Assembly (NCBI GenBank): GCA_016189025.1
Contig: JACPGS010000012.1
Coordinates: forward strand, 1-60,248
DNA: 60,248 nt
Reading direction: 5' to 3'
DNA from: Candidatus Magasanikiibacteriota bacterium
Lineage (GTDB): Bacteria > Patescibacteriota > Patescibacteriia > Magasanikbacterales > GWA2-37-8
In this document: positions 1-8,717 of the stretch, piece after piece
Layout: each line of letters begins with the position of its first letter
Position numbering within the stretch: the stretch's first letter is position 1
Translations under genes and position numbers: made by a program
Notes under the pieces: generated by a model
Told to the model about the DNA's origin: nothing
The model's database searches: none
Seen by the model: the letters and a program-made list of their open reading frames with translations, nothing else

Positions 1-1
1 G

Positions 2-178
2 GGCGACCAGATGGTGGAATATCTGCGCACTATGAGTTTTCTGCGCGATGAACTGGAAAGCGTTCTGCGGCTGCCGTCGGTTGATCCCTTATTGGCCCAA
101 ATTAAACGGCTGTTTACCAGCCCGGAAGAGAAATTAACGCCCTTTAAGGTAGAGCAGTTGGAGCGGGGGGTGCTGTAG
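2..178 (+). CDS. 3' end of a gene entering from the left edge (product unknown)
   Basis: Frame 2 is open from the window edge (..GDQMVEYLRTMSFLRDELESVLRLPSVDPLLAQIKRLFTSPEEKLTPFKVEQLERGVL) and ends at TAG 176-178. A hairpin terminator follows. Confidence 0.5.
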   Translation, partial: GDQMVEYLRTMSFLRDELESVLRLPSVDPLLAQIKRLFTSPEEKLTPFKVEQLERGVL

Positions 179-210
179 TCGTTGGTAGTTGGGTATTTGA
201 TTATAAAAAT

Positions 211-238
211 CTCCCTGATTAAATCAGGGAGATTTTTG
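211..238 (+). terminator. Rho-independent terminator
   Basis: Hairpin ctccctgat/atcagggag with a 3-nt loop, followed by a T-run (atttttgg). Confidence 0.6.
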
Positions 239-243
239 GTGTG

Positions 244-398
244 TGCCCAGGGCGGGGCTCGGCTTCGGCTCTCGTCCCGATTTAATCGGGGCTCGGCCTA
301 GCCACCGCCTTGCGGTCGCGCTCGCCCGCCAGCTCGCGCGACATCGCTCCGGCGTTCTCACCCCGCCGCGGCCAAAACTATTTGGTCGCTCCCCGGGC
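244..398 (-). pseudogene. tRNA-Leu-derived remnant or tRNA-like structured element
   Basis: Its 3' end (gagccccgccctgggcacac) is identical to the last 21 nt of the neighbouring tRNA-Leu. The 5' GCCCGGG can pair as an acceptor stem. It shares atgtcgcg and ccgcaaggc with the intact tRNA, but the D and T arms are replaced by inserted hairpins, including cccgatttaatcggg. Confidence 0.4.
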
Positions 399-473
399 AC
401 ACCGGTTTACAATTTTAGAAAAATCATTCTCAATAGTCATCATTTAGTTTAGTGGTACCGATAATATCCGGTG

Positions 474-555
474 TGCCCAGGGCGGGGCTCGAACCCGCAT
501 GCCTTGCGGCGCGACATTTTAAGTGTCGTGCGTATACAAATTCCGCCACCTGGGC
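474..555 (-). tRNA. tRNA-Leu (anticodon TAA)
   Basis: Hand-folded cloverleaf: acceptor GCCCAGG/CCTGGGC, anticodon stem CGACA/TGTCG with loop CTTAAAA, long variable arm, T arm GCGGG-TTCGAGC-CCCGC, discriminator A. CCA is not encoded. Confidence 0.9.
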
Positions 556-641
556 GAACAAAGCTGCTGACGTATGCCTGGCGTAATGGTAGCAGAAAAA
601 ATATGAGGCAGCAAGCCGGTGGATGTGATATAATATGAATC

Positions 642-1025
642 ATGTTACGCCAGAATACCGCCGGCCTTACCTTAATAGAAGTAGTAATTACGCTAATGGT
701 GATCAGCGCCGTGTTTATTATTTTCCAGACTTCCTTAAATGTTATATTCCTCAATCGCCGGGTGAATCATCAGGAATTGGCACTGCGCCTGGTTAATACT
801 AAAATGGAGCAGATCCGCGCTCTTGCCTACGAAACGCTTCCCCCGGCCGGCTCGTTTTCCGACCCCCTACTCTCGTCTCTGCCGTCAGCCACTGCTACAC
901 TTACCATCAGCGATTATGACTCGGCCACCAAACAGGTAACGGCTACGGTAACTTGGCAGGAGGCGGCGGGTAATGCCCCCCGCTCGATCACGATGACCAC
1001 GCTGGTCACTAAAGGTGGCTTATGA
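642..1025 (+). CDS. Type IV pilin-like protein (prepilin-type N-terminal cleavage/methylation domain)
   Basis: N-terminus MLRQNTAG|LTLIEVVITLMVISAVF has the class III signal peptide pattern G|xTLxE followed by a hydrophobic helix. Confidence 0.8.
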   Translation: MLRQNTAGLTLIEVVITLMVISAVFIIFQTSLNVIFLNRRVNHQELALRLVNTKMEQIRALAYETLPPAGSFSDPLLSSLPSATATLTISDYDSATKQVTATVTWQEAAGNAPRSITMTTLVTKGGL

Positions 1026-1627
1026 AAATTGATTTGAATTACAAAATTACTCCGGCCAGGTCGCTCGGTCGTGGTAGACACTCCTCCCGCGGCGTTACTT
1101 TAGTGGAAACTCTGGTTGTTTTAGCCCTGTTTCTCTTCATTTCGGTAATGTTTATCAGCCTGTATCTGCAGCATGGCTGGCTCTACCAGTTGGGGCAGGC
1201 GCAGTTTGATGCCGTGGGAGGCGCCCGGGCCGCTTTTAACGGCGTAGCGCCCTTTACTGCCCCGGCCCGGCAGGTGGCCGGGAGCTTTTCCGCCAGCAAT
1301 ACCATCTTTACCACCGGCACCACCACCCTGGTGCTGGAGCTGCCCGCCCGCGACGAGAGCGGCAATACCATTAGCGGCGCCTTTGATTACGCAGTGTTTT
1401 ACCAGAGCGATAATCAGTTCCACCGATTAATTTTTCCCCACGCTTCCAGCACCCGCCTAGCCGAGGAAAAAATTTTAAGCGACACCATTGCCGGATTAAG
1501 TTTCAGCTACGATCAGACGGACCTAGCTCTAGCCACAAAAATTACGCTGGCCGTCACCTCCACCGCCCCCGGCCGCCGGCCGGCCACCTACCAGGAGCAA
1601 GCGGAATTTATTTTGCGTAATCGTTGA
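1022..1627 (+). CDS. Type IV pilin-like or minor pilin protein
   Basis: ..SSRG|VTLVETLVVLALFLFISV prepilin motif with Glu at +5. It overlaps the stop of the upstream pilin gene by 4 nt (ATGA). Confidence 0.7.
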   Translation: MKIDLNYKITPARSLGRGRHSSRGVTLVETLVVLALFLFISVMFISLYLQHGWLYQLGQAQFDAVGGARAAFNGVAPFTAPARQVAGSFSASNTIFTTGTTTLVLELPARDESGNTISGAFDYAVFYQSDNQFHRLIFPHASSTRLAEEKILSDTIAGLSFSYDQTDLALATKITLAVTSTAPGRRPATYQEQAEFILRNR

Positions 1628-1644
1628 AGCAGATTTAGTAAGTT

Positions 1645-1833
1645 GAAACTGTAGAAGAATAAAAAAACCAGCTAGCATCAGGGCGCGGCAGACGAGTGTC
1701 TTTGGGCGCGCAGCCCCCGCGTAAGCGGGGGGAGCACCCAAAGAGTGTCTGCCGCGACCAACCAGGTGGGTTACAGCAATAGCGATAGCGACTAGGCGGA
1801 AAACGATATCTTCAGCATTCTTTTATAGTTTTC
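1645..1833 (+). mobile_element. MITE-like repeat, copy A (189 bp)
   Basis: Terminal inverted repeats gaaactgtagaagaat / attcttttatagttttc. The inner long hairpin gcgcggcagacgagtgtctttggg...cccaaagagtgtctgccgcg carries the apical hairpin ccccgcgtaagcgggg. It fills the intergenic gap. Confidence 0.7.
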
Positions 1834-1859
1834 AGTTACAAGCAAGTGAACAGTAAGTT

Positions 1860-3614
1860 ATGCAAGTTCAGCATCAAACTCAATCCGGCTACCTTCTGAT
1901 TTTTGCCCTGGTGTTTACTACCATTCTGATGACCGCCGCGGCGGGGCTGGTGGGCTATGCCCAGATTAATCTGAAAGCCGAGGCGCAGACCATTGCCCGC
2001 GCCCAGGCGCTGCCCTTGGCCGAGGCCGGCATTGAGCGGGCGATTAAGCGGCTGAATGAAGACGCCAATTACGCCGGCGAAACCGATACGCCGTTAGGCC
2101 CCGGATTTTTTACCGTGGGGGTAACCAGCGTGGATTCCTATACCAAGCGGCTGGTCGCCACCGGCCGGGTGATTTATGGCGGCGGCAGCGTGGCGGCCGA
2201 GACGATAAAAGCCGTCGTTAAGGTTGACAGCATTAATGCTTCGTTTACTTACGGAGTGCAATCCGGCCGGGGCGGGTTCACGATGGGCAATAATTCCCTG
2301 ATCAACGGGAGTCTTATCGCTAATGGCAATATTTCGGGCGCCGGGCGGGTAACCGGGGATGTTACGGTGACGGCCGGCGCCGCGGCCGAACCAGACCAAG
2401 GCTGGAATTTGTCCAACGCCGATTTTAATTTTGGTCATACCGATGACCGCACCGCCGTAGCGCAGCGGTTTGTGCCGACCCTTACCAACGCGTTAACCCG
2501 CGTCAGCGTGCAGCTGAAAAAAATCGGCAGTCCCAGCAACCTCATTTTACAAATCGTTACCGACAACAGCGGTTCGCCCTCCAAAACCGTGCTGGTAAGC
2601 GGTGCGGTTTCGGCCGCCTTGGTTTCTCCCGCTTACACCTGGGTAGATGCCGCCTTAAACGGGACGCTCAATTTAGCGGCCGGCCAGACTTATTGGCTAA
2701 TGCTGGTATCGGCGGTGAACGCTAATCATTATTACAGCTGGGCCATGGACCAGAACTTTCCCTCCGGTAAGTACAGCGCCAAATGGAACGCCGGCAACCC
2801 GGTGTGGAACCCGAGCGGCGGCCAGTTTAATTTTCAGACATATCTCGGCGGCGCCGTGAATACCTTAAGCGGCATTACGGTCGGCGGCACGGCCCGCGCC
2901 GCCGTAATGTCCGATTGTACCGTGGGGGGCGATGCCTATTTTGACCAAAGCAATACCTGCACGGTTCAGGGCCAACAATTCGGCGCTACTCCGGCCCCGC
3001 CGCCGGCGCCCTTCCCCGTTTCCGACGCCCAGATTGCGGCCTGGGAAGCGGCCGCTGCCGCGGGCGGCATCGTAGCCGGCGATTATGTGTTAGACGGCCA
3101 GACCGCCACGCTCGGCCCCCAAAAAATTGACGGCAATCTAACGGTTAGCAATAACAGCACGCTGAATTTAACCGGCCCGGTTTGGGTGGCCGGGGATTTG
3201 ATTTTTGATAACAATGTCCAAATCCGGCTGCACCCATCGCTCGGCAACGCCGGCACGGCAATTATCGCCGACTATCCGGCCAGTTCCACCCTAAAGGGCA
3301 AAATGACCATCGGCAATAATTCGGGAATTGCCGGCAACGGGCAGCCCGGCAGCCTTCCCCTGCTTATTAGCATGTACGCGGGGCCGGGCAACGCCATTGA
3401 TTTAAGCAACAATGCCACCAACACCATTTTCTTTGCCCCGCGCGGCACCATCACCATCAGCAATAATACTGAAGTAAAAGAAATGACCGCGCGCCAGATT
3501 AACATGAGCAACAACAGCGTGGTCAACTACGAAAGCGGCCTGCAGAGCGTCTATTTCACCACCGGCCCGGGCGGGTCGTGGCAATTCCAAAGCGGGAGTT
3601 ATGTGATTGAGTAG
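1860..3614 (+). CDS. Large pilus-associated or adhesin-like protein with a PilX-N-like hydrophobic N-terminus
   Basis: N-terminal QSGYLLIFALVFTTILMTAAAGLVGY..AEAGIERAIKRLN resembles PilX-type minor pilin N-termini. The rest is Gly/Asn/Thr-rich and looks beta-rich. It lies directly downstream of two pilin genes. Confidence 0.55.
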   Translation: MQVQHQTQSGYLLIFALVFTTILMTAAAGLVGYAQINLKAEAQTIARAQALPLAEAGIERAIKRLNEDANYAGETDTPLGPGFFTVGVTSVDSYTKRLVATGRVIYGGGSVAAETIKAVVKVDSINASFTYGVQSGRGGFTMGNNSLINGSLIANGNISGAGRVTGDVTVTAGAAAEPDQGWNLSNADFNFGHTDDRTAVAQRFVPTLTNALTRVSVQLKKIGSPSNLILQIVTDNSGSPSKTVLVSGAVSAALVSPAYTWVDAALNGTLNLAAGQTYWLMLVSAVNANHYYSWAMDQNFPSGKYSAKWNAGNPVWNPSGGQFNFQTYLGGAVNTLSGITVGGTARAAVMSDCTVGGDAYFDQSNTCTVQGQQFGATPAPPPAPFPVSDAQIAAWEAAAAAGGIVAGDYVLDGQTATLGPQKIDGNLTVSNNSTLNLTGPVWVAGDLIFDNNVQIRLHPSLGNAGTAIIADYPASSTLKGKMTIGNNSGIAGNGQPGSLPLLISMYAGPGNAIDLSNNATNTIFFAPRGTITISNNTEVKEMTARQINMSNNSVVNYESGLQSVYFTTGPGGSWQFQSGSYVIE

Positions 3615-3641
3615 TCAGTTGATTTTTGGCCGGTAATTTGT

Positions 3642-3700
3642 TATACTGTAGAAGAATCGGTAAATCTGTTAGCATCAGGGCGCGGCAGACGAGTGTCTTT
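3642..3700 (+). repeat. Truncated left half of the MITE-like repeat (copy B)
   Basis: tatactgtagaagaat..ttagcatcagggcgcggcagacgagtgtcttt matches the left arm of copies A and D, then breaks off. tatact is present on both sides. Confidence 0.65.
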
Positions 3701-3718
3701 AGTATACTAGATGAAATT

Positions 3719-4585
3719 ATGTCCAAAGTGCGTAAAGCCGTAATTCCGGTCGCCGGCTACGGCACGCGGTTTTTGCCGGCCACCAAGGCGCAGCCCAAAG
3801 AAATGCTGCCGGTGGTGGACAAGCCGATTGTGCAATATGTGGTGGAAGAAGTGGTAGCCTCCGGCATCACCGACATTATTCTGGTAACCGGCGCCAGCAA
3901 GCGCGCGGTGGAAGATCATTTTGATTATAATTACGAACTGCAGCAGTGGTTAAAAAAACAGGGCAAAGAAGATTTGCGCCAAGAAGTGAAGCATATTGCT
4001 GACCTTGCCAACTTTATCTACATCCGGCAAAAGGGCAACCCTGGCAACGGCACGCCGGCCTTATGCGCGCGCGAAGTAGTGGGCGACGAGCCGTTTGTTT
4101 ATATTTGGGGGGATGAATTTATTTACGCTCATCCACCCCGTACTAGGCAATGTCTGGCGGTATTTGAGAAGTACGGCGATCCGGTAATCTCCGGCATCCG
4201 CGTCGCCCGGAAAGACGTTTCCAAATACGGCATTGCCGAGGTGCAGCACATTGAAAAAAATATTTATCAAATTAAGTCTTTGGTGGAAAAGCCGACGCCG
4301 GCCGCGGCGCCTTCTACGCTCGCCACCCACGGCTGCTATATTCTGACCCCGGATATTTTTGATGATTTAGCGCGCCTGAAACCGGGCCGCGGCGGCGAAA
4401 TTTGGATCGTGGACGCCATTAAAAGTTTAATGAAGCGCCGGCCGGTGTACACCTGCGAGGTGGCTAACGCCACTTATTACGACACCGGCTCCAAACTGGG
4501 CTGGCTTAAGGCCAACGTGGATTTTGCCCTGCGCGATAAAGAACTGGGCAAAGATTTTAGGAAGTATTTAAAAAGCGTGATTTAG
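3719..4585 (+). CDS. galU: UTP--glucose-1-phosphate uridylyltransferase
   Basis: MSKVRKAVIPVAGYGTRFLPATKAQPKEMLPVVDKPIVQYVVEE is the canonical GalU N-terminus. The ORF-track start at 3626 reads through the repeat, so the ATG at 3719 is preferred. Confidence 0.9.
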   Translation: MSKVRKAVIPVAGYGTRFLPATKAQPKEMLPVVDKPIVQYVVEEVVASGITDIILVTGASKRAVEDHFDYNYELQQWLKKQGKEDLRQEVKHIADLANFIYIRQKGNPGNGTPALCAREVVGDEPFVYIWGDEFIYAHPPRTRQCLAVFEKYGDPVISGIRVARKDVSKYGIAEVQHIEKNIYQIKSLVEKPTPAAAPSTLATHGCYILTPDIFDDLARLKPGRGGEIWIVDAIKSLMKRRPVYTCEVANATYYDTGSKLGWLKANVDFALRDKELGKDFRKYLKSVI

Positions 4586-5050
4586 CAGAGTCAGCAGAGT
4601 CAGAAATCAGCAGATTCAGTATTGGATATGGCGCAGATAAAGACCTTCCACGATTTACAGGTTTGGCAAAAGGCGCACCAGTTGGTTTTGCTGGTGTATA
4701 AAATTACTGTTGGTTTTCCTTCCCATGAACGCTACGGACTAGTCAGCCAAATGCGCCGCGCGGCAGTTTCGGTCGCCGCTAATTTAGTAGAGGGTTTTCG
4801 GAGAAAGTCGTTAAAAGATAGCGTTAATTTTTATCACAACGCCGCCGCTTCGCTGGAAGAACTTAAGTATTTTTTGTTACTGTCACAAGATATCGGCTAT
4901 CTTAACAGTCAGGCTTATACTAAAGTAGCTGGAATTTCCGAAGAAGTTAGTAAACTGTTAACTCGTTGGATTCAAAGTCAACACCAATATCTCTAAAATT
5001 ACTGATCACTGAGTCTGCTAATCACTGAATCTGCTAATTAAATATCTGCT
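4584..5050. mobile_element. Inverted-repeat-bounded cassette carrying the four-helix-bundle gene
   Basis: The left arm agcagagtcagcagagtcagaaatcagcagattcag and right arm ctgagtctgctaatcactgaatctgctaat are imperfect inverted repeats. They belong to the same cagcagattcag/ctgaatctgctg family that forms gene-less hairpins at 8027-8115 and 13726-13794. Confidence 0.5.
4622..4996 (+). CDS. Four-helix-bundle protein (23S rRNA intervening-sequence protein family)
   Basis: FHDLQVWQKAHQLVLLVYKIT..FPSHERYGLVSQMRRAAVSVAANLVEGF..LEELKYFLLLS is the typical signature of this family. The start may be the ATG at 4628. Confidence 0.85.
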   Translation: MDMAQIKTFHDLQVWQKAHQLVLLVYKITVGFPSHERYGLVSQMRRAAVSVAANLVEGFRRKSLKDSVNFYHNAAASLEELKYFLLLSQDIGYLNSQAYTKVAGISEEVSKLLTRWIQSQHQYL

Positions 5051-6436
5051 ATGCCAATCAAACCGCGCTGGTTTACCTTACTGTTAGCGGCAATACTGCT
5101 TACGTCAACCGGTTTAGGCTGCAAAGGCCTCTCGGGCGCCGAACAGGCCGCCACCAAGCCGGTAAAGCTGGAATACTGGACCGTGGTTGAGGATGTTCCG
5201 GCCCTGCAGGCGGCCGTAGAAAAATACCGCGTTTTTCGCCCGTATCTTACCGTAAACATCCGCACCCTGCGCCCCGAGGAGGTCTACGGGCAACTGATAG
5301 AAGCGCTGGCCGAAGATCGCGGCCCGGATATTATTTCTTTGCGCAATCGGTGGTTAGGGCAGTATTTGAGCAAATTAGCCCCCCTGCCCGAGAGCATCCC
5401 CGATACCACGGTTTACACCGAGCGCGGCCGCTTCAGTACGCAAACCACGGTTACTACCCAAACCCGCCCCCTGCTCAACCCACGGCAATTGGAAAGCGAA
5501 TATGTGCAGGCGGTAGCAAAGGATGCGGTATTGGGCGGTAAAATCTACGGCCTGCCGTTTTCGCTGGACACGATGGCGCTGTATTATAATAAAGATATTC
5601 TAGATCGCGCCGGCGTGCCGAGCCCCCCCAAAACCTGGGAAGAATTCCAGGCCGCTGCTAAAAAGGCCACCCGGTTTGACCGGCGCACCGGCAAACTGGT
5701 GCAGGCCGGCGCGGCTTTGGGCGTTGGCAGTAATGTCCCGGGCAGCGACGATTTATTCTATTTGTTGTTGCGCCAGAGCGGACTGGAGCTGACTGATAAG
5801 CGCACCGGCGCGGCAGTGTTTCACCTCGCCGCTGACCGCAATGCGGAAACGCCGGTAATGTCCGTATTAAATTTCTTTACGGATTTTGCCAACCCCAACC
5901 GCGATACTTATACCTGGAACGCGGACCAGGGCAATGCTTTGGATGCCTTTGTGTCCGGCCGGCTGGCGTTCTTTTTTGGCTACAGTTACCACTATTCACA
6001 AATCAAAAGCCGCGCGCCTCAACTTAATTTAGGGGTGTTGCCGATGCTTCAGCTTAACTCCGAAGAGCCGGTGAATGTGGCCAACTACTGGGTGCAGGCG
6101 GTGCTGGCAAAATCCCCGCGCCAAGCGGCGGCCTGGGGGTTGATTGATTATCTGGCGCGGGGCGACGCCAATAAAGAATACCTGGATGCCACCCTCCGCC
6201 CCACGGCGCGGCGCGTTTATGTGGCCGAACAGCAGGCCAAGCCGGAACTCAAGCCTTTCGTCTCCGACGTATTGATTGCGGAAAACTGGTATCGCGGTAA
6301 AAATTACGAAGCCGCGGCGCGCGCCCTTAATGATTTGTTCGCGGCTTGGCTGGAACCGGTTGATCCCCAGCGTCCATTTGAAGCGCGTCAGGAGGCCCTG
6401 AATCGCGCCGCGGCGAGAATAAATCAGAGTTTATGA
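5051..6436 (+). CDS. ABC transporter extracellular solute-binding lipoprotein (family 1, sugar-type)
   Basis: Lipobox LLTSTGLGC, length about 460 aa, and YGLPFSLDTMALYYNKDILDRAGV..PKTWEEF typical of sugar-binding SBPs. Confidence 0.75.
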   Translation: MPIKPRWFTLLLAAILLTSTGLGCKGLSGAEQAATKPVKLEYWTVVEDVPALQAAVEKYRVFRPYLTVNIRTLRPEEVYGQLIEALAEDRGPDIISLRNRWLGQYLSKLAPLPESIPDTTVYTERGRFSTQTTVTTQTRPLLNPRQLESEYVQAVAKDAVLGGKIYGLPFSLDTMALYYNKDILDRAGVPSPPKTWEEFQAAAKKATRFDRRTGKLVQAGAALGVGSNVPGSDDLFYLLLRQSGLELTDKRTGAAVFHLAADRNAETPVMSVLNFFTDFANPNRDTYTWNADQGNALDAFVSGRLAFFFGYSYHYSQIKSRAPQLNLGVLPMLQLNSEEPVNVANYWVQAVLAKSPRQAAAWGLIDYLARGDANKEYLDATLRPTARRVYVAEQQAKPELKPFVSDVLIAENWYRGKNYEAAARALNDLFAAWLEPVDPQRPFEARQEALNRAAARINQSL

Positions 6437-7083
6437 AATTTTTTCATTCTCTCTTCCTGCTCACGCCTATCCTCTTGGCATTTTTCATCGGCGCGGTTTC
6501 TCCGGCAACGGCCGCGGCGGACTATTGTTTTTGCGGTCCTAAAGATGTTAGCCAATTCGCGGCGCAGAAATTAGCCGATCAAATGCCACCGGCCATTTGC
6601 GCCAGACTTGATACTAACCTCACTGCCGTTGATTGCGAAGCGCAAAAGGCCAGTCCGGACAAGGGCATTTACCGCTGCGAGCTGCGGGAAACCGAAGCCA
6701 ATTGCCAGGCGTCGGTTGACGCTGTCAATGCTCAATTGGGCCGGCAGCAAGGGCGCTATAAGGTTTTGGGTATCGTCATCCCCTCCTGCCTATTTGAGCC
6801 GGTGTTGCCCCGCGAGTGCCGTGACATCAGTTTGTTTGTGGAATTGCTGATTAACTTCGGGAGCGCAACGTTTACCATTGTGGGCGCTTTTGCCCTGGCG
6901 TTCTTTATCTACGGCGGATTTAATTTAATTATCGCCCAGGGCAACCCGGAAAAAATTAAAAAGGGCGGCGATGCGATGCTCGCCGCGGTTATCGGCCTGG
7001 TGATTGTATTTGCCGGCTACCTGCTGATCCGCTTCCTCGGCGAGGCGGTGGGGGTGAAGGAGTTTTATCAATTGCCTAGGTAG
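6433..7083 (+). CDS. VirB2/TrbC-like (T4SS-pilin-type) membrane protein, paralog 1, with N-terminal 8-Cys module
   Basis: Signal peptide, 8 Cys, then the core FFIYGGFNLIIAQGNPEKIKKGGDAMLAAVIGLVIVFAGYLL (TM, basic loop, TM). The ATG overlaps the SBP stop (ATGA). Confidence 0.7.
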   Translation: MKFFHSLFLLTPILLAFFIGAVSPATAAADYCFCGPKDVSQFAAQKLADQMPPAICARLDTNLTAVDCEAQKASPDKGIYRCELRETEANCQASVDAVNAQLGRQQGRYKVLGIVIPSCLFEPVLPRECRDISLFVELLINFGSATFTIVGAFALAFFIYGGFNLIIAQGNPEKIKKGGDAMLAAVIGLVIVFAGYLLIRFLGEAVGVKEFYQLPR

Positions 7084-7090
7084 TTATTAT

Positions 7091-8023
7091 ATGCAATGGC
7101 AATGGAAACAGTTTATTAGTAACAGTTTAATAATCCTTGCCCTGGGTGCGGCAATGCCAGTATGGGCATCACATGAAGGCAGTCATGTGGACGTCGGATT
7201 ACGCAAGCTAATTGCGTCTCCGACCGAACAGTGCCCTAACCAAGATACTTGTTTAGGATTATGTCAGTGCGAAGTTAAATACGAGGATGCCGAAACTTCT
7301 TATCGTTTTAACTTTTTCACTCCCAAGGACGGTTATATACTTGATGGTTGGTTGCTGGGGGGCGACGTAACTACCGGCCTTTACCAATGGAAGAATGTTT
7401 TTTATTTTACTCCGACGGTAGGCAATGTATCAGGTAAATGCCAAATAGAATCACAGGGCAGGACTCCAGAATACCAGCAGGTTGCCGCGGAAGAATTGGA
7501 GGTTAATCGGTGCAATTTCTACCGGGCATTTTGTTGCTGTACCACTGACTCTTCCGGCAAACGTACCAAATGCCAACGTTCAGTCAATTTTGATCTGACT
7601 AAATCACCGCCCGCTTACCAATGTTCCGGCGCCGGCGAGCAAGCATTTGATGAACCCAAAACCAACGAAGGGTGCAAAGCGTTGGAATATCGGGAGGCAG
7701 TGAAACCCGGCGAAGAGCCCACCGAGCCGCTGGCGGTGGCGGTGGGGAGATTGCAGCGCCAGGCGCGCGGGCTGCAGCGGGTGCCGCGTTTTACCAGTCC
7801 GGCCCAGGTGCTAGGGTTTGCCACCAACGTACTGGTGATGTTTATCGGCGCCCTGGCCCTGGTGATGTACATTTTTGCCGGCTTTCTGTGGATGACCGCT
7901 TCGGGCAACACCGAGCGCATTGAGCACGCCAAGCGTTTGCTGGTGTGGACCACGGTGGCAGTCGCCATTATGATATCAAGTTATCTGTTAGTGAGCCGAG
8001 TGTTTGTATTTTTAGCGAAGTGA
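7091..8023 (+). CDS. VirB2/TrbC-like membrane protein, paralog 2, with N-terminal 12-Cys module
   Basis: Signal peptide, 12 Cys (CPNQDTCLGLCQC.., FCCC..), and C-terminal core MYIFAGFLWMTASGNTERIEHAKRLLVWTTVAVAIMISSYLL. Confidence 0.7.
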   Translation: MQWQWKQFISNSLIILALGAAMPVWASHEGSHVDVGLRKLIASPTEQCPNQDTCLGLCQCEVKYEDAETSYRFNFFTPKDGYILDGWLLGGDVTTGLYQWKNVFYFTPTVGNVSGKCQIESQGRTPEYQQVAAEELEVNRCNFYRAFCCCTTDSSGKRTKCQRSVNFDLTKSPPAYQCSGAGEQAFDEPKTNEGCKALEYREAVKPGEEPTEPLAVAVGRLQRQARGLQRVPRFTSPAQVLGFATNVLVMFIGALALVMYIFAGFLWMTASGNTERIEHAKRLLVWTTVAVAIMISSYLLVSRVFVFLAK

Positions 8024-8026
8024 GAG

Positions 8027-8115
8027 TGATTAGCAGAATCAGCAGAGTCAGCAGATTCAGAAATCAGCAATTGGCTGGCTGCTGAATCTGCCGAATCTGC
8101 TGATAGCTGATTACT
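8027..8115. repeat. Gene-less hairpin of the cagcagattcag family
   Basis: gattagcagaatcagcagagtcagcagattcagaaatcagcaa / gctgaatctgccgaatctgctgatagctgatt form an imperfect long palindrome directly upstream of paralog 3. Confidence 0.7.
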
Positions 8116-8130
8116 AAAACATTCCACATT

Positions 8131-8712
8131 ATGCGTTTCTTCCCGACTATCCTCATAATCAGCATCAGTTTAGCGGCCGGCGGCCCCTGGGCGCTGGCGC
8201 CGGCGCAGGCCGCCAAGCCAGCTTTTTGTTGCCAGTGTGTAGATGAGCAAGGGACGCCCCTTCGTTATCCCGCGCGAGTTTCCGCAGATTTTCTTAAAGG
8301 TAAAACCCCTAATGACCTGGATCTGGTTTGTCGTAATGTTGATTTCGGCGCCGGTATCAGATGTTCCGGCACGGCAAAGGATTGCCCCGTAGTAGACGAA
8401 GAATCCGGCTGTTTTACCGCGGACAACGGTTACACCTACTGCGCGCTGGAAAATCCCCTGACTGGAGACGAAACCAACTTGGCCAAGATCTTCGGGCGAA
8501 TTCTTCGCTACGCTCTGGGCCTCCTCGGCGCGCTTACCCTGCTCATGATCGTGCGGGGCGGGCACATTATGCTCACCGCCGCGGGGAACCCCGAAAAAAT
8601 CAAAAAAGGCACCCAGACCATTATGTGGGCGGTAATCGGGGTATTCCTGATTCTCGCCAGTTACTTCCTGATGAGCCGCCTGATTAGTCTGATTACCAAA
8701 GGCACCGTGTAA
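8131..8712 (+). CDS. VirB2/TrbC-like membrane protein, paralog 3, with N-terminal 8-Cys module
   Basis: Signal peptide ..ALAPAQA, 8 Cys (FCCQC..), and core LLMIVRGGHIMLTAAGNPEKIKKGTQTIMWAVIGVFLILASYFL. Confidence 0.7.
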   Translation: MRFFPTILIISISLAAGGPWALAPAQAAKPAFCCQCVDEQGTPLRYPARVSADFLKGKTPNDLDLVCRNVDFGAGIRCSGTAKDCPVVDEESGCFTADNGYTYCALENPLTGDETNLAKIFGRILRYALGLLGALTLLMIVRGGHIMLTAAGNPEKIKKGTQTIMWAVIGVFLILASYFLMSRLISLITKGTV

Positions 8713-8717
8713 TTTAC

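Noticed and set aside
241-491. Integrated prophage or genomic island at tRNA-Leu
   Set aside because: The two 21-bp repeats are only 230 bp apart and enclose no ORF or integrase. At most this is a scar or a decayed tRNA duplicate.
3626-3718. N-terminal extension of galU in the ORF track (and the analogous extension 45090..45326 of folA)
   Set aside because: The extensions are translations of the MITE-like repeat (..SIRARQTSVF.. and ..SIKARQTSVF..). Canonical protein N-termini begin at the internal ATGs.
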